This document shows positions 24,641 through 37,229 of a stretch of 64,000 nucleotides of DNA, piece by piece. The stretch spans positions 76,818,001 through 76,882,000 of the forward strand of contig NC_043001.1 in NCBI RefSeq assembly GCF_006345805.1, written 5' to 3'. Source of the stretch: Octopus sinensis (lineage: Eukaryota). The notes beneath the pieces are model-generated. The model was not told the origin of the DNA, did no database searches, and worked only from the letters and a program-made list of their open reading frames with translations. Within the stretch, counting starts at the first letter, position 1. Each line of letters begins with the position of its first letter. The translations under genes and the position numbers were made by a program.

Positions 24641-25214
24641 ATGCATTAAATACTATTCCCCTCCCCACTGAATATGCGCTGCTGAACATGGGGTGCGTCT
24701 TAGAATGCCTATGCGTCTGTTATGCTACCAAATACGTTACTTACAAAGTAAAGATAGCCCTATAACGTCTTCCAAGATATTAATCGAATAATGTAATAAA
24801 ATTTGTGTTCCTGCTAAAATTCCAATTTCCAGTTGTCTTTCGTGTGTAACTAATTTTTTCACGAGATTTTCCTTTGAAGCTAATAACTGTTGTTCCACAT
24901 GACAGTGTAGTTAAGTGTGGTTAAGAAACCCGCTGTCCTTATTTTCTCGATATTCAATTATTTAGATCAGTGTCATTTAACCTGTATTTACTCCCACTAC
25001 CTCTTACCAACTCAATATTCTGTCCTCCTCCGCTTGCAGTCTTGTATACAACAAAATTTGTTGCATAACATTAATTAACATCTCTATATTTAACATTAAC
25101 GTCCCTTGTTCTTAATTTACCATTAACTTCCCTATATCAAAATTTAACTTCATCTTTTTATTATTTATTTATTTATTATTATTGTTGTTGTTGTTGTTAT
25201 TTTTTTTTTTTTTT

Positions 25215-25399
25215 TTTCACTTGTTTCAGTCATTGGACTGCAGCCAGGCTAAGGCGCTGCCTTGAAACGTTTAGCAGAACAAATTGACTTACTTTTTTCC
25301 TATGAGCCTGATTCTTATTTTACCGATTGTTTTTTACCGAACCGCTTCATAACGGAGACGTAAACAAACTGAAACCGATTGTCAAACGGTGGGGAAGCG

Positions 25400-25436
<37 letters not shown>

Positions 25437-25725
25437 GTATATGTGTATGGTGCTTCCACGCAGTTTCTGTCTACTCAAAAAGTATTGATCAACTAGAGGC
25501 TATAGTAGAAAACACTTGCCCAAGGTACCGCGCTGTGGGACTGCAGCCATACTGGAGCACCGCCTTGAAGGGTTTTAGTTGAACAAATCGACCCCAAGAC
25601 TTTTTTAAAGCCTAGTTCTTATTCTATCGTCCCCTTTTGCCGAACCTCTAAGTTACGGAGACGTAAACACACCAACACCAGTTGTCAGGCGGTGATGAAG
25701 CGACACACACACACACACACATACA

Positions 25726-25758
<33 letters not shown>

Positions 25759-25890
25759 GTATATGATGGGCTTCTTTCACTTTCCGTTAACCAAATCCAC
25801 TCACAAGGCTTTGGTCAGCACGAGGCTCTAGTAAAAGACGCTCGCTACACAGTGGGATTGAACCTGGGACAATGTGGTTGAGAAGCGTCT
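25215..25890 (-). mobile_element. Two nested/tandem SINE family A copies
   Basis: Tail motifs at about 25220-25260 and about 25538-25570; body motifs follow each. Confidence 0.7.
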
Positions 25891-27420
25891 ATAGTAATTG
25901 TCTACTAACTTCTATATTAATGTAACATTAACGTCCTTTATCTTAATTCAACATGAAGGTTCCAGCATTAAACTTTTACCTCACTATATTATTAACATTG
26001 ACGTCCCAATATTACTTCAAAAGCCAACATTAAGGAAAATATATCTTACGAAAACATTGCGTGTAATGATAGTTTCTCCACTGGACTTCCCATATTTTCT
26101 TCAGGTTAAGAATTGCAGGTCTAGATAAAAGACATCTGTTTATTTGCTTGCTACCTTAAAACTTGTATTAATTATATTATTTTATTTATTTATTTATTTA
26201 TCAAATATCCATTAAGCCATAGTTTCTTTCATCGACAAAACAATTTTTGGGGGTCAATAAACCAGTTCCATTCATGTCTTTATAGTCTTTATATCAAAAT
26301 ATTCAGTGAACATTTTCTAAAGAAATTCAATTTTTCACGCCATCTTGTCATACAACACTGTATCCATGATGTGAAGACCCGTACAGATAGTGTGTGCTTT
26401 TATATATCTTTCCAAGTGGAAGACGTTTTATTCAGCTACAGCTGCCAATGAAAAAGACCGTGTTTCAGTCGTTGAGTATTTTATTACAAACCTTATCATC
26501 TAATTTCCTGTGTCTCATTATCTTAACGTTCTTCTCTAGCTGCAAATCTATAGTTTTACATAAAGGATATGCAATAATCGTTGAAATTATGTCACTGATA
26601 ATTATTTGTGTTTCTGTAGTCAAAAGCAAGAGGGAGGACAATTTTTTTTTATTGTTTTTTTTTGTTGTTGCTCTTCTTTGTTTGTTTTTAGAGCGTGTAT
26701 TTAAGAAACTTGAAGTCGACGCTTTTCTTCGTACAATAAATGGTGTCACAGATGTTAATTTAGTAGATTATTTGACAAATGGCGACCAGTCTTGATTTGT
26801 CCTTTTACAACTCAGAAAAGCAAATCTGTGAAGATGCCTGGCCTGGTGGTTAGGCTGTTGCAGATCGTGGGTTCGATTCCCTGACTGGGCGGCGCGTTGT
26901 GTTCTTGTGCAAAATACTTCATTTTACATTGCTCCAGTCCCCCTTCGATCAGGAGGAAATGTTGGCCTGCTCGCTTCGCCAGCGGGTTGGCGTCATCTGA
27001 AGGCTAAAACAATGCAAAAGTGCATTGTGACCAGCGATGTGTAACATTTGATATCCTGGTCCGTCACGTGATCACGTGTCGCGACAGTCATGCATACATA
27101 CATACATACATACGTACATAAGTTTCTTCTACTATAGCTCTAGGCCGGTCAGTACCTTGTGAGTGAATTTCGTCGTGTATACATTTGTGTGTCCCTAACT
27201 ACTGTTTAACAACCGGTGTTGGTTTGTTTCCGTACACCTAACTTAGCGGTTCGGTAATGGACACTAATAAGTTACTGGATTTAAAAAAAAAGATTAGTCC
27301 TGGGGTCGATTTGTTCGAATAAAACCCGTCAGGGTGGTGCCCCTGCATAGCCGTTGTCCAATAAGTGGAACGAGTAAAAGGTGGGGAAAAGATATACACA
27401 CATACATATATTATTATTAT

Positions 27421-27812
27421 TACTAGCAGTATCACCCGGCGTTGCTCGGGTTTGTTTCGACCCTTTAGAATTGGAATATTTAAAAAGTAAAAACTTTGCA
27501 TTATGTAGCTTGTTATTCTTTTAAGTGAACATTTTTCTGGTTGAAATACATCGAAAAATGGCGACACAGCAGTCAAAAATCGTAAAAAAATAAGGATTTT
27601 CATAGAAAAAAAGCACCTTTTTGATGTAAATAATTTTTGGTGTTAACATAGTCCAATTTGAATTTTTTCTTCTACAGAAGGAAAAGCAAGCCTTCTTCTA
27701 TCATACTCTCAATTTTGGCCAACTTGCGCCGCGGGGTCTCGGAGGAGATCGTGTTAGTTGAAGGCTACAAAACCTGCCATACACAGACAACTTCAGCTTT
27801 ATATATATAGAG
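27421..27812. mobile_element. Non-autonomous Helitron-like element (Lep1-type layout)
   Basis: Begins actagcagtatcacccggcgttgctcggg (hairpin end) and ends acagacaacttcagctttatatatatagag; no TSD; inserted in a TTA/CAT microsatellite. Confidence 0.6.
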
Positions 27813-27819
27813 ATTATCA

Positions 27820-28055
27820 TCATCATCATCATCATTTTAACGACCGCTTTCCGTATGGGTCGGAATGAATTTGTCGAGACAGATTCTCTGCAGCTGGATA
27901 CCTTTCCTGCTTCCAACCCTTCCCTGTTTCTAAGAAAGGTAATATTTTGCCATGGCCAGATATGTTTTTGGTGGAAGATTGGTAGCAATGGGAACTGCTT
28001 CTTTGAATGACAGTGATACTCGTATACAACTATCGCGTGATGTCAAGACAATGTT
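27820..28055 (+). mobile_element. RTE-tail-type short element
   Basis: (CAT)n then tttaacgaccgctttcc...gcagctggatacctttcctgcttccaacc, shared with 35720-35843, 37790-37830 and 46785-46930. Confidence 0.55.
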
Positions 28056-28375
28056 CTGCATGGAACAGCTACACAAAGTGGCAACAAACATTACTATATA
28101 TATATATATATATATATAGTTGAAAAGGGGTTAAGAATCCATTCAAAGGTAAAAAGTAAAAGTGGAAAGAACACGGAAGTATTTTAAAGATTCTTTTCCT
28201 TTAATCGGATAACATATATCTATATATACAAAACTGAGAATGTGTGTCTGTGTGCATCACTAAAACTCGAGAACTACCCAACCGATTTACTGCAGAGGAT
28301 GTGAAACATCGTGGCGTACAAGTAATAAAAACCTTTTCTCACGTGTATTTATATAAATGTTATATGTGTGATTTA

Positions 28376-28582
28376 CAAGGGGATGCTGAAAAGTTCCTAC
28401 CTTTAAGGGTATCGCGAAAGGCTTGGTTGGGGGCCCAACCTTCCGAGTTCTTTTTACAGGGTTTAGAAATACTGAAGGACCGCTGCAATAAGTGTTTGAA
28501 TCTGAGAGGGGAATATGTTGACTAAAATTATAATTAACTGATCCTTCTATATTTTCTTTTTACCAAAGCCAGGAGCTCCTCG
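28376..28582 (+). mobile_element. Mariner-derived MITE retaining the transposase C-terminus
   Basis: TA-caaggggatgctgaaaagttcct... and ...aaagccaggagctcctcg-TA; internal FFLQGLEILKDRCNKCLNLRGEYVD* resembles the mariner C-terminal G..KL..RW.KC....G.Y motif. Confidence 0.7.
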
Positions 28583-29709
28583 TATATAGAGTTACAATAA
28601 CACATGCGCAGACAGGTATATTGATTGAGAAAAATATTTCTAAATTCATGAGAAAGAATGGTAACTACTAGTTTGAGATATAAAATTTCTTTCGGAAAAT
28701 GCTTAGAACCATCCTCAGGCCACACAACGTGTCGATATCGGAGACCGAGATCTTTAAAAACCACCGTCCTTGAAGTCATCTCTCAGTCTATGATATATAT
28801 TTCATTAACTTCAATTTTTCTTGATGCATGCTCTGAACAGAGTGGGTAATGACTTCCGGACAACTGTAATGGTTATTTTGAAAAATTCCAGTCTGATAGG
28901 GGTGGTATAATTTCGGTCTGATGCCTGACGAAGATCCAAAATATTTCCCACAACATTTATCCGAAGGAAATTTTGGATCTATAACTAGGAGTTGCTCTTC
29001 TTCCACTAGAATTTAATATAATTTTTCTGAGTCATAAATAATTTCTTTTTATCCGAACGCTCTTTATTTCTGACTTTCCAATTCAGTTTTTATATAGACC
29101 TATACATACGTAATGTAAGAGAAAGGACAGTATTTTGAAAGAAAGAAAATAAAAATTGTAAATCTGCACTTTAGTCTCCCAAACGATTTTGAGTAAAATC
29201 TAAGCTCTGGTTATAAATAAAAAGAGCAGAGCTTTTTGGCTAACGTGCTGTTTAGTGTTCGAAATAAAGAGAAAATGAAATAAATTGCCCCGAAAGTAAG
29301 AACAGTTATATTTTCATAATTGCACATGAGCACAATCTATAAAACAATACATATGTATTTTATATAACACAAAAAGGATGTTGAGGATGATGTATAATGT
29401 AAGAACTTGAATATAGTGTATAGATCATACTTATATTTAAATAATATGAATTATACATGAATGTATAAAGCATACATATATATTTCACTGTCATCACTTC
29501 CGGCAAAATTTAGTGTCACTTTTTTTTTACGAGACTAAACTGCATATTAACCGAAGATCTAATGTTCTGTTTATTATAAACAAGAGGTAAATTTTTTATT
29601 CAAAATCGTTTTGTCGTTAAACGTTTCAAATTTAAAATTATCTTTCCTGTTGGATTTCATTGATTTATTTTACAGATTAACATATTTTAACATATCTTCT
29701 TTTAAATAA

Positions 29710-29713
<4 letters not shown>

Positions 29714-29760
<47 letters not shown>
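29714..29760. repeat. Representative long (TA)n microsatellite; dozens of (TA)n, (CA)n, (TACA)n, (GATA)n and (TTA)n tracts occur throughout the window
   Basis: Read directly; other examples at 367-406, 16394-16451, 35318-35393, 36598-36666, 42016-42079 and 59633-59692. Confidence 0.95.
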
Positions 29761-29761
<1 letters not shown>

Positions 29762-30633
29762 CGGCGTACGTACACTTTGGTCTCTTATATGTAAGTATAT
29801 ATATATAGTCAACTTAGTCAACGTTGTTTTTATTTTATTTATTTTTTAAACAAGTCACAACTTATAACCTTATTTCCATTTTAATCGGTTTCCTATCTAA
29901 ACAAGAAACACGATCAAAGGAAAGACACAATCAAAGGAAGGAGTCTCCAGACAAGAGGACGTCAGGGGAGATAGGGAGGAACTGTGTGTGTGTTTGTTCG
30001 TTATAGAGATCACTGATTCTGTTCGGTGTCTGACTGCTGAACATGATCAACGCTTTATATGTATAAAAAAATGCTGAAAACGCTTTTATCTCTCACGTGA
30101 CCCAGTCCAAAAAGCTGTAAATAGATATCAGTCGGTAATTAAACTACGGTTTATGAGTATCCCGTGAAGATTGGAGACGGATTTTGTTACATAATGTTTC
30201 TGCACGAGGACCAGTTAGACTTGCATAGCGGAGACACCCTCGTAGGTGGGAGCTTGCCGCCGTCACTGAACAACGAATGGAGGAAAAAAAGAGAAAAAAA
30301 ACCCAAGCTGTAGTCCTTATCTTAAAATATTGTAAATGGCATAAACCTAACCTTGATATTGGAGTTCGTTTCGAGAGAAACCAGAAGCAAGAGTATCAAA
30401 ATGCATATCAAAAGGATTCTGTTTCTGAGAGGAAATTCCGACCGGCTTATATACTGATAAAAATGGCTAACTTTCAGGAGTATTTTGTTCAGGAATTTTC
30501 TGTTCTGAGTTCGAATTTGCACTTCGTTGATTTCAGGCCAATAAAATAAAGTACCATTGATGTACCGGAGTCGATGGTAATTGACCCCCTTCCACACAAA
30601 ATTAACATTATTATTATTATTATCATCATCATC

Positions 30634-31120
30634 GAGTGAGAGAGAGTAGTGCATCCCATCAAAGTGACACTGGGGTAAAATATACGAAGCTCAGTATACC
30701 CATCATGACTACTCGTCTGAAAAGGGTACACCTGGCACATGCATCACAACCATATATGCCCGACATGGTGATCGCATATCAGGATAAACAGTGCATGACC
30801 TTGCAGGTGGGGCCCAGTTAGAATTCTCTTCAGGTTGAGTATCCTATCCCGCTCAAAAGGTCCCTGAATAAGGGTTGTTTAAGGATGTTGAACGAACCAC
30901 CCATGTTTTCAGAGGTGAATTATCCAAGCCCCAAATAATTCCTCTCAACACATGGCTATGATGCTCCCTCCCTACTTCTGCTAGTGATTTGAGATGTACA
31001 TATCGTCAGCCACTAAGGAACATGTTCAACTGGTTACGGTCAAACAACTGACAAGCAATTCTGTGGTATTGAGCAGAATATTTGCTGTAGCCATTCTTTT
31101 TACCAAGACAAAACAATGTA

Positions 31121-31122
<2 letters not shown>
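30634..31122 (-). mobile_element. Non-coding interspersed element flanked by TAA/TGA microsatellites (possible R4/Dong-type 3' UTR or passenger)
   Basis: GC-richer 490-bp block bounded on both sides by (TTA)n/(TCA)n; on the minus strand it ends ...ctctcactc followed by a (GAT)/(AAT) tail. Element class is inferred. Confidence 0.45.
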
Positions 31123-31151
<29 letters not shown>

Positions 31152-31215
31152 GTTATTATTATTAATTATTATTATTATCATTATTATTGTTATTATTATT
31201 ATTGTTGTTGTTGTT

Positions 31216-31746
31216 TGATGAAAATTCGCAGCTTATTTTGCTGGGTATGATGGAAAGTGTCAGCTGTCCACAGCCAGCAGACTAAGGTAGCATTTATTTA
31301 CTGGTCATGCTTTAAGAACCCTGCGAAGAATTCTTGCACTTGCAAACAATGCTGATTTTTGTTGGTGATCTACCTTTACATTTGTACCAATCTTTTTGAG
31401 CCATGTTGGTAGTTGAGTGCAGATACTTCCAAGTGAGCCAATTACCATTGGTACCACGTCTACTCTCCGCATTGACCACAACCTTCGTATTTCCCACTTC
31501 AAATCGTCGTAGTTGTTCAGTGTTTCTTCTTCTTTTTCTTTGATCTTGTCACCGGGACATGCTGTGTCGATTATCATGTATGCTCTTTTTTTTCATTTCG
31601 CCACAACAATGTCTGGTTTCTGGTGTCTGGTCAGATGATCGCACTGAATCATTGTATCCCACAAGATTTTGCAATTTTCATTCTCGGTGACTCCTTCTGA
31701 GGTTTGCTCATACCACGTCTTTGCTCCTCGTAAGCCGTGATTTCCA

Positions 31747-31747
<1 letters not shown>
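31216..31747 (-). mobile_element. Dong/R4-clade non-LTR retrotransposon 3' fragment (RLE domain and 3' UTR)
   Basis: WYEQTSEGVTENENCKILWDTMIQCDHLTRHQKPDIVVAK*KKRAYMIIDTACPGD...YDDLKWEIRRLWSMRRVDVVPMVIGSLG...SARILRRVLKA*; PD..D RLE signature; (TAA)n at both ends. Confidence 0.85.
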
Positions 31748-31779
<32 letters not shown>

Positions 31780-31792
31780 CATCATCATCATG

Positions 31793-31997
31793 GCGGTGAG
31801 CTGACAGAATCGTTAGCACGTTCTGAGTTCAAATTCACTGAAGTCGACTCTGCCTTTCATCCTTTCGAGGATCGATAAAATCAGTGCTAGTTGAGTACTG
31901 GTCCTTTTTTATCGATGTAATCGACTGTCCCCCTCCCCCCAAATTTCCGTCTTTGTGCCTATAATAGAAAGGATTATTATTATTATTATTATTATTA
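31793..31997 (+). mobile_element. SINE family B variant with (ATT)n tail
   Basis: ggcggtgagctgacagaatcgttagcacg...atagaaaggattattatt. Confidence 0.75.
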
Positions 31998-32499
31998 AGT
32001 GCAACCGTAGCTATGTAGTAAGAAATTTGCTTCCCAACCACATGGTTTCAGTTCTAGTTGCGTTGCATGACACCTCGGGCAAATATCTTCTGCTATAGCC
32101 ACAGGCTGACCGAAAACTTCTGAGTGGATTTAGTATGATGGAAACTGAGGGAAGCCTTTTGAGTGTGTGTGTATGTGTGTATTATTATTTTCTTGTCTTG
32201 ACATCTTGATAGCTGTAAACGAGCGTCACTGTCATGTATGTGGTGTTCTCCTTCCAGTCTTCTGTGAACATGTGCCTAGTCATGGAGAGATGCTACCTTG
32301 CTTGGAAACAGGTGAGGTTGAAGACAGGAAGGGCATCTGACTCTATAGAATCCCCCTTAAAATTCTGCCTGGCTCATGTAAGCATGGATAAGTGGACATT
32401 AAGCCGATCATGAGGATGAATGAATACGATGGTTATTATGCAAGTCTGCAAGCCGGTAGAATCGTTAGCACGCCGGACAAAATACTCAGATACACTCGT

Positions 32500-32810
32500 T
32501 TATTCATACGAACGTAACTGAGATGAAATATGTCATAAATAACAGTGAAAAACGAAATATAAACCGCCAGAAGTTGTTGTTGACAAACAACAGCAGTAAT
32601 TTTATTCAGCTGAATACACGTCATTGATTGGTTGAAATTACCAAAATACGACAACTTTAACACGAAATAACTTCGAAAATAGAAACTTTTCTCATCAATT
32701 CTGAGAGTAAAAGATGTTCTATATGACACATTCTACCAGTATACGAAGTTTCAAAGTGTTTATTTAAGGAAAATTAATCAATTGAGCTGCCCATGAAAAG
32801 GAAAAGATCC
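32500..32810. mobile_element. Solo right arm of a Merlin-like fold-back MITE (diverged subfamily)
   Basis: Matches 55512-55790 and ends aaaagatcc; embedded in a SINE B copy. Confidence 0.7.
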
Positions 32811-33224
32811 TAGTTGAGTACTGGTGTCGATGTAATCGATTATATCCCTCCCCACCAAATTTCAGGCATTGTGCCTATAATTGAAAACTGACAAAATAAT
32901 TTGTATGTCCCACAAAATACTTCAGGATTCTTTATATTTTGAGTTCTTCCGGATCTTTATATCCTGAGTTCAAATCATGCTATGGTCGACTTTGCTTTTT
33001 TTCCTTTTGGGTTCGATAGAATTACCAGTCAAATACTGGGGTCACTATAATCGACTAAACCTTGCTCTTCGCTATTGCTGGCTTTGTGGCGAAAATCGAA
33101 ACCGATGCTGCCAAGGTTACCTTTGCCCTTCATCCTTTGAGGGAGCACAAAACGTGATGTAATCAACTAAACCCCTCCCCTGAAATTGCTGGCGTTGTGC
33201 TAAAATTTGAAGCCATTATTATTT

Positions 33225-33540
33225 CAGTCGTGTTTGTTTGTTTGCCCGTGGACAAGATATCTCAAGAACCGCTGGGTGGATTCAGATGAAACTTTCAAGG
33301 ATGTTTGGCCTCGTAACTGCCACGAACTGATTAGTTTTGGGGATCGATCCGGTACCGAACAAAGATTCTGGGCTATTTTGTTTGTTTGTTAGTTTTTTTT
33401 TTAACTAATTTTTGAGAACGGTCGGGTTCATTTTCAGTATTCCCGTTTGTGAGAGCAGTCGAGTTTATTTCAGATATTCATATTTTAAAAACATCTCTAG
33501 GTGTTGCCTCGGCGGAGGTTTGCGCCGAGTGCTCTTGTTG
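33225..33540 (+). mobile_element. Helentron-associated non-autonomous element (HINE-like)
   Basis: gtttgtttgtttg...gatatctcaagaaccgctgggtggattcagatgaaactttc; 3' hairpin ctcggcggaggtttgcgccgag followed by tgctcttgtt. Confidence 0.55.
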
Positions 33541-33558
33541 TTGTTGTTATTATTATTA

Positions 33559-33785
33559 AGGCGGCGAGCTGGCAGAATCGTTAGCACACCGGGCAAAATG
33601 CTCAGCGGCATTTCGTCCGTTTTTACGTTCTGAGTTCAAATTCCGCCGAGGTCGAATTTGCCTTTCATCCTTTCGGGTGTCGATAAATTAAGTACCAGTG
33701 AAACACTGAAGGTCGACGTAATCGACTCAGCCCCTCCCCCAAATTTGCTGCCCTTGTGGCAGAATTATTATTATTATTATTATTA
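33559..33785 (+). mobile_element. SINE family B flanked by (TTA)n
   Basis: Near-consensus head aaggcggcgagctggcagaatcgttagcac; TTA repeats on both sides. Confidence 0.8.
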
Positions 33786-34148
33786 GTAGTAGTAGTAGTA
33801 GTAGTAATAGTAGTAGTAGTACCATCACCACCACCACGATCATAAAATTGTAGCGGCTGTCTTCGGTTCTGTATGTTTGTTATTTATATTATTGTCATTC
33901 TTATTGTAAAAAGAATCAGTATTATCATTATTATTGGCATCGATAATCTGCCTTATCTATTGATCACACGAATCGATCTTTGTCTCAATCAATATCTATC
34001 TCTGTCTGTTTTACTCTAGCTTAGATTGTGTTTATCTCTATGTAGTTCTTGTTTGATATGGACAGGGGGTTCTACTGTATAACGGCGTTCATTTGAGTGG
34101 TACACATATATATGTGTGTGTGTATATATGTGTGTATAAATGTGTCTA

Positions 34149-34181
<33 letters not shown>

Positions 34182-34480
34182 TTGTGTGTATATTTGTATG
34201 TATATACACATTGTTAAACTTCACTACTTTTTCATCACTTAAGGATATTTTTGACGGAGAGGCATTATTCTGGTATGCTTGTATGTACACATATATGTAT
34301 ATGTGGACACATCTATATGTATAGACGTATACTTATGTATACACGCATATATATATATATATATATCATGTATATGTATGTGTGCATATATAAACATTAA
34401 AATTGACAGCCATATTTGGGTTATTTCATAACAGTGAACTCAGGGCCCAGCTAAGGGGGAATCTCAGAGTAGATTGTCAA

Positions 34481-34513
<33 letters not shown>

Positions 34514-35152
34514 ATTCGAGCTACTGTATTGAATTCTATTGCAGATAATGTTTGCACTATATAAAATATATCTTTACAACTGTTACATCACTAATATATA
34601 TGTGTGCGTTTGAAAGAGAATATGTATGCTTGTATGCATATATCTGTATTAGTTGATGCCCGTATAAACATATATAATGATATAAAATGGGTATATCTTT
34701 GTGAGTGAGTGTGTGTGTGTGTGTCTGTATACATGCACACATACATTTCCTACAGCACATCACATCTCCTATTCCAGTCTCTGTCTGCTCCCCCTCCACC
34801 CGCTTCTTTCTTTCTTCAAAATACATAAAAATAAAAGCACAAACGCAAAATAATGAAGGCAAACCAATCAATCGTTACGTTTGAATTATCAAATAACAGT
34901 TAGATTGTGTGTGTGTATGTATGTGTATGTTAGTTTGCTTGTGTGTGTGTGTGTGTGTGTGCCTCCCTCACGCCTATCTGCTTCTGTTTGTGTCAATACT
35001 TGAAAGTGTTAAAATGGTTTTTATCATATATAATTACGTATATTATGAATGTAATTATATTTAATTATGCACTGTGTTAGTGCGTATGCATACATACGTA
35101 TGTGCATCTACCTCTATATATGAGTGTGTGCGTATATATATGGGTATATAAT

Positions 35153-35201
<49 letters not shown>

Positions 35202-35326
35202 TATACTTACATACATATGTATATACATTTATTCGTAAGGGTGTTTTGTAACCTTGCTCTAAATGCCAAGTCTATGCAAGCGAATGATATTACACACATA
35301 CACACGCACGCACGCACGCACACACA

Positions 35327-35395
<69 letters not shown>

Positions 35396-35843
35396 CAGTA
35401 TATTGACTGATATCTAAGCAGTCTGACCTGGAGGTCATTTGTAGTTCAACGTGTAGTGAAGGCGAATAAGAGCCAATCAGGTTGAAATTACAAAATCGCG
35501 TTCATGTAATTTGTCAGATCTAAATGTTTATGGGGGTTGAACCCCACCCAACATTGTCTCTTAAGGGTTTGTGTTCAACCCAGCATTGTCTCTTGAGGAT
35601 ATACCCCACCTGAAATTGTCTCTTGGTGTTCTGTACTCCACTTGAAATTGTCTGAATAAAAGATCCTCTACTCAGAGTATTAATCTGTTTAATATACCAG
35701 CGACATCCTTCCTCAAATCATTCCCATCGTCATCCTTTAATGTCTGTTTTCCATGCTTGCTTGGGTTGGACAGTTTGACCAGAACTGCACCATGGTCCAA
35801 TTGTTTGTTTTGGGTTAGGGCTTCTACAGTTGGATACCCTTCC

Positions 35844-36186
35844 GGATCTTTACCTTTTGACCGACAGATTTAAAAAGTAATTTTTTGTAACTAAACACTT
35901 TCAAACTTCGGACACTGGTAGAATGTGTCATATAAAACATCTTTTACTCTTAGCATTTTTGAGAAAAACTTATATTTAGGAAGTTATTTCACGTTCAAGT
36001 TGTAGTATTTCGGTAATTTCAAGCAATCAGTGACGTGTATTCAGCTAAATAAAATTACTGCTGTTGTTTTTCAACAAGAACTGGCGGCGTATATATTTCG
36101 TTTGTCACTTATTTATGTTATTTATGACAACCCTAACCCTAACACCTTAACCCTAACCCTACAACCCCAACCCTAAAACCCTAAAT
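35844..36186. mobile_element. Left arm and telomere-like core of a Merlin-like MITE (right arm missing)
   Basis: Starts ggatctttaccttttgaccgacag; matches 55172-55490, including aaccctaaccctaacacc repeats. Confidence 0.8.
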
Positions 36187-36577
36187 GAGAAAATGGAGAG
36201 GTAATTAATAAACTTATTTATCAATTATAAAATATGAAAATTTCTCTGACAGCTGTTTCAATTCAGAAATCTTTAGGTAATTAATTCATAAAATTAAAAT
36301 CATTATAAGATGAATCTCTTCAGAGATAGTAAGGATATACCGATTAGAAATACATGTCGAGATAACAGCTATGAAATCATTAACTCGTTTCTTAACCATT
36401 ATCTCAAAATGAATTTCTAATCCGTATATCTTTACTAACTCTGAAGAGATTCATCTTATAATGGTTTTAATTTTACAAATTAATTATCTAAAGATTTCTG
36501 AATTGAAACAGCTGTCAGAGATGTTGTCATATTTTATAATTGATAAATAATTTTATTAATTACCTTTCCATTTTCTC
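36187..36577. mobile_element. AT-rich fold-back element with about 165-bp inverted arms
   Basis: 36187-36351 versus the reverse complement of 36413-36577 is roughly 90% identical by eye; termini GAGAAAATGG/CCATTTTCTC. Confidence 0.8.
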
Positions 36578-36595
36578 CTTATTCTTTATATATCA

Positions 36596-36642
<47 letters not shown>

Positions 36643-37229
36643 ACACACACACACACTCACACACACATAGCAGGCTCTACTTACATGGCTTTGGTCAGCT
36701 TGGTGTTGTAGAAGACACTTGCTCAAGGTGCCCCATGGTGGGAATGAACCCAAAACCATGTAGTTGAGAAGCAAGCTTCTTACAACACAACTATGTTATG
36801 ATAAGCATAAAATGCTATATTTAGTGGAAGAGTAAATGAGATGTTTTGGTGTTCATGGTTTTCCCTACATTATTCACTCCATTATTTAAGTGGAGCTAGC
36901 TTTTCTAAATATAGAGGTTTCTTTGCCAGTGTTTTTTTAGGAGAGGCCAAATCTAGATTGTTTGGCATGCACACTTACTGACATTTATTGCAAAAAAAAA
37001 TGTTTGGAATGTCACATGTAAAACTGAAGTGAAAGGAAAACAAGCTTTAGATTAAAAGGGAAAAAACTGGTTTCATATGACACTAGCAGCTCTACGGTAT
37101 CTCCGAAATGACTTACACTACTGAAAAAGGTATGAACAAGAACATATCCTGTTAAACCCTTTTCTTAAAAATATGTGATAGTGTGTTGTTAGGCAAAAGA
37201 AAGCAATATTAGAAAAATAATTTAGTATC

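Noticed and set aside
26394-26795. 133-aa ORF on + and 94-aa ORF on -
   Set aside because: Low-complexity, T-rich or A-rich composition with no recognisable domain.
28689-28990. Two opposed hammerhead-like cores (CTGAGGA...CGAAA on minus at 28689-28717; CTGACGA plus a long hairpin on plus at 28925-28985)
   Set aside because: The first lacks a paired stem II and the second lacks GAAA; no GIY-YIG or RT frame is recognisable nearby.
30145-30320. Short frame VYEYPVKIGDGFCYIMFLHEDQLDLHSGDTLVGG...NNEWRK with faint SH3-like spacing
   Set aside because: No convincing splice acceptor, and key SH3 residues (WW, GxxP) are missing.
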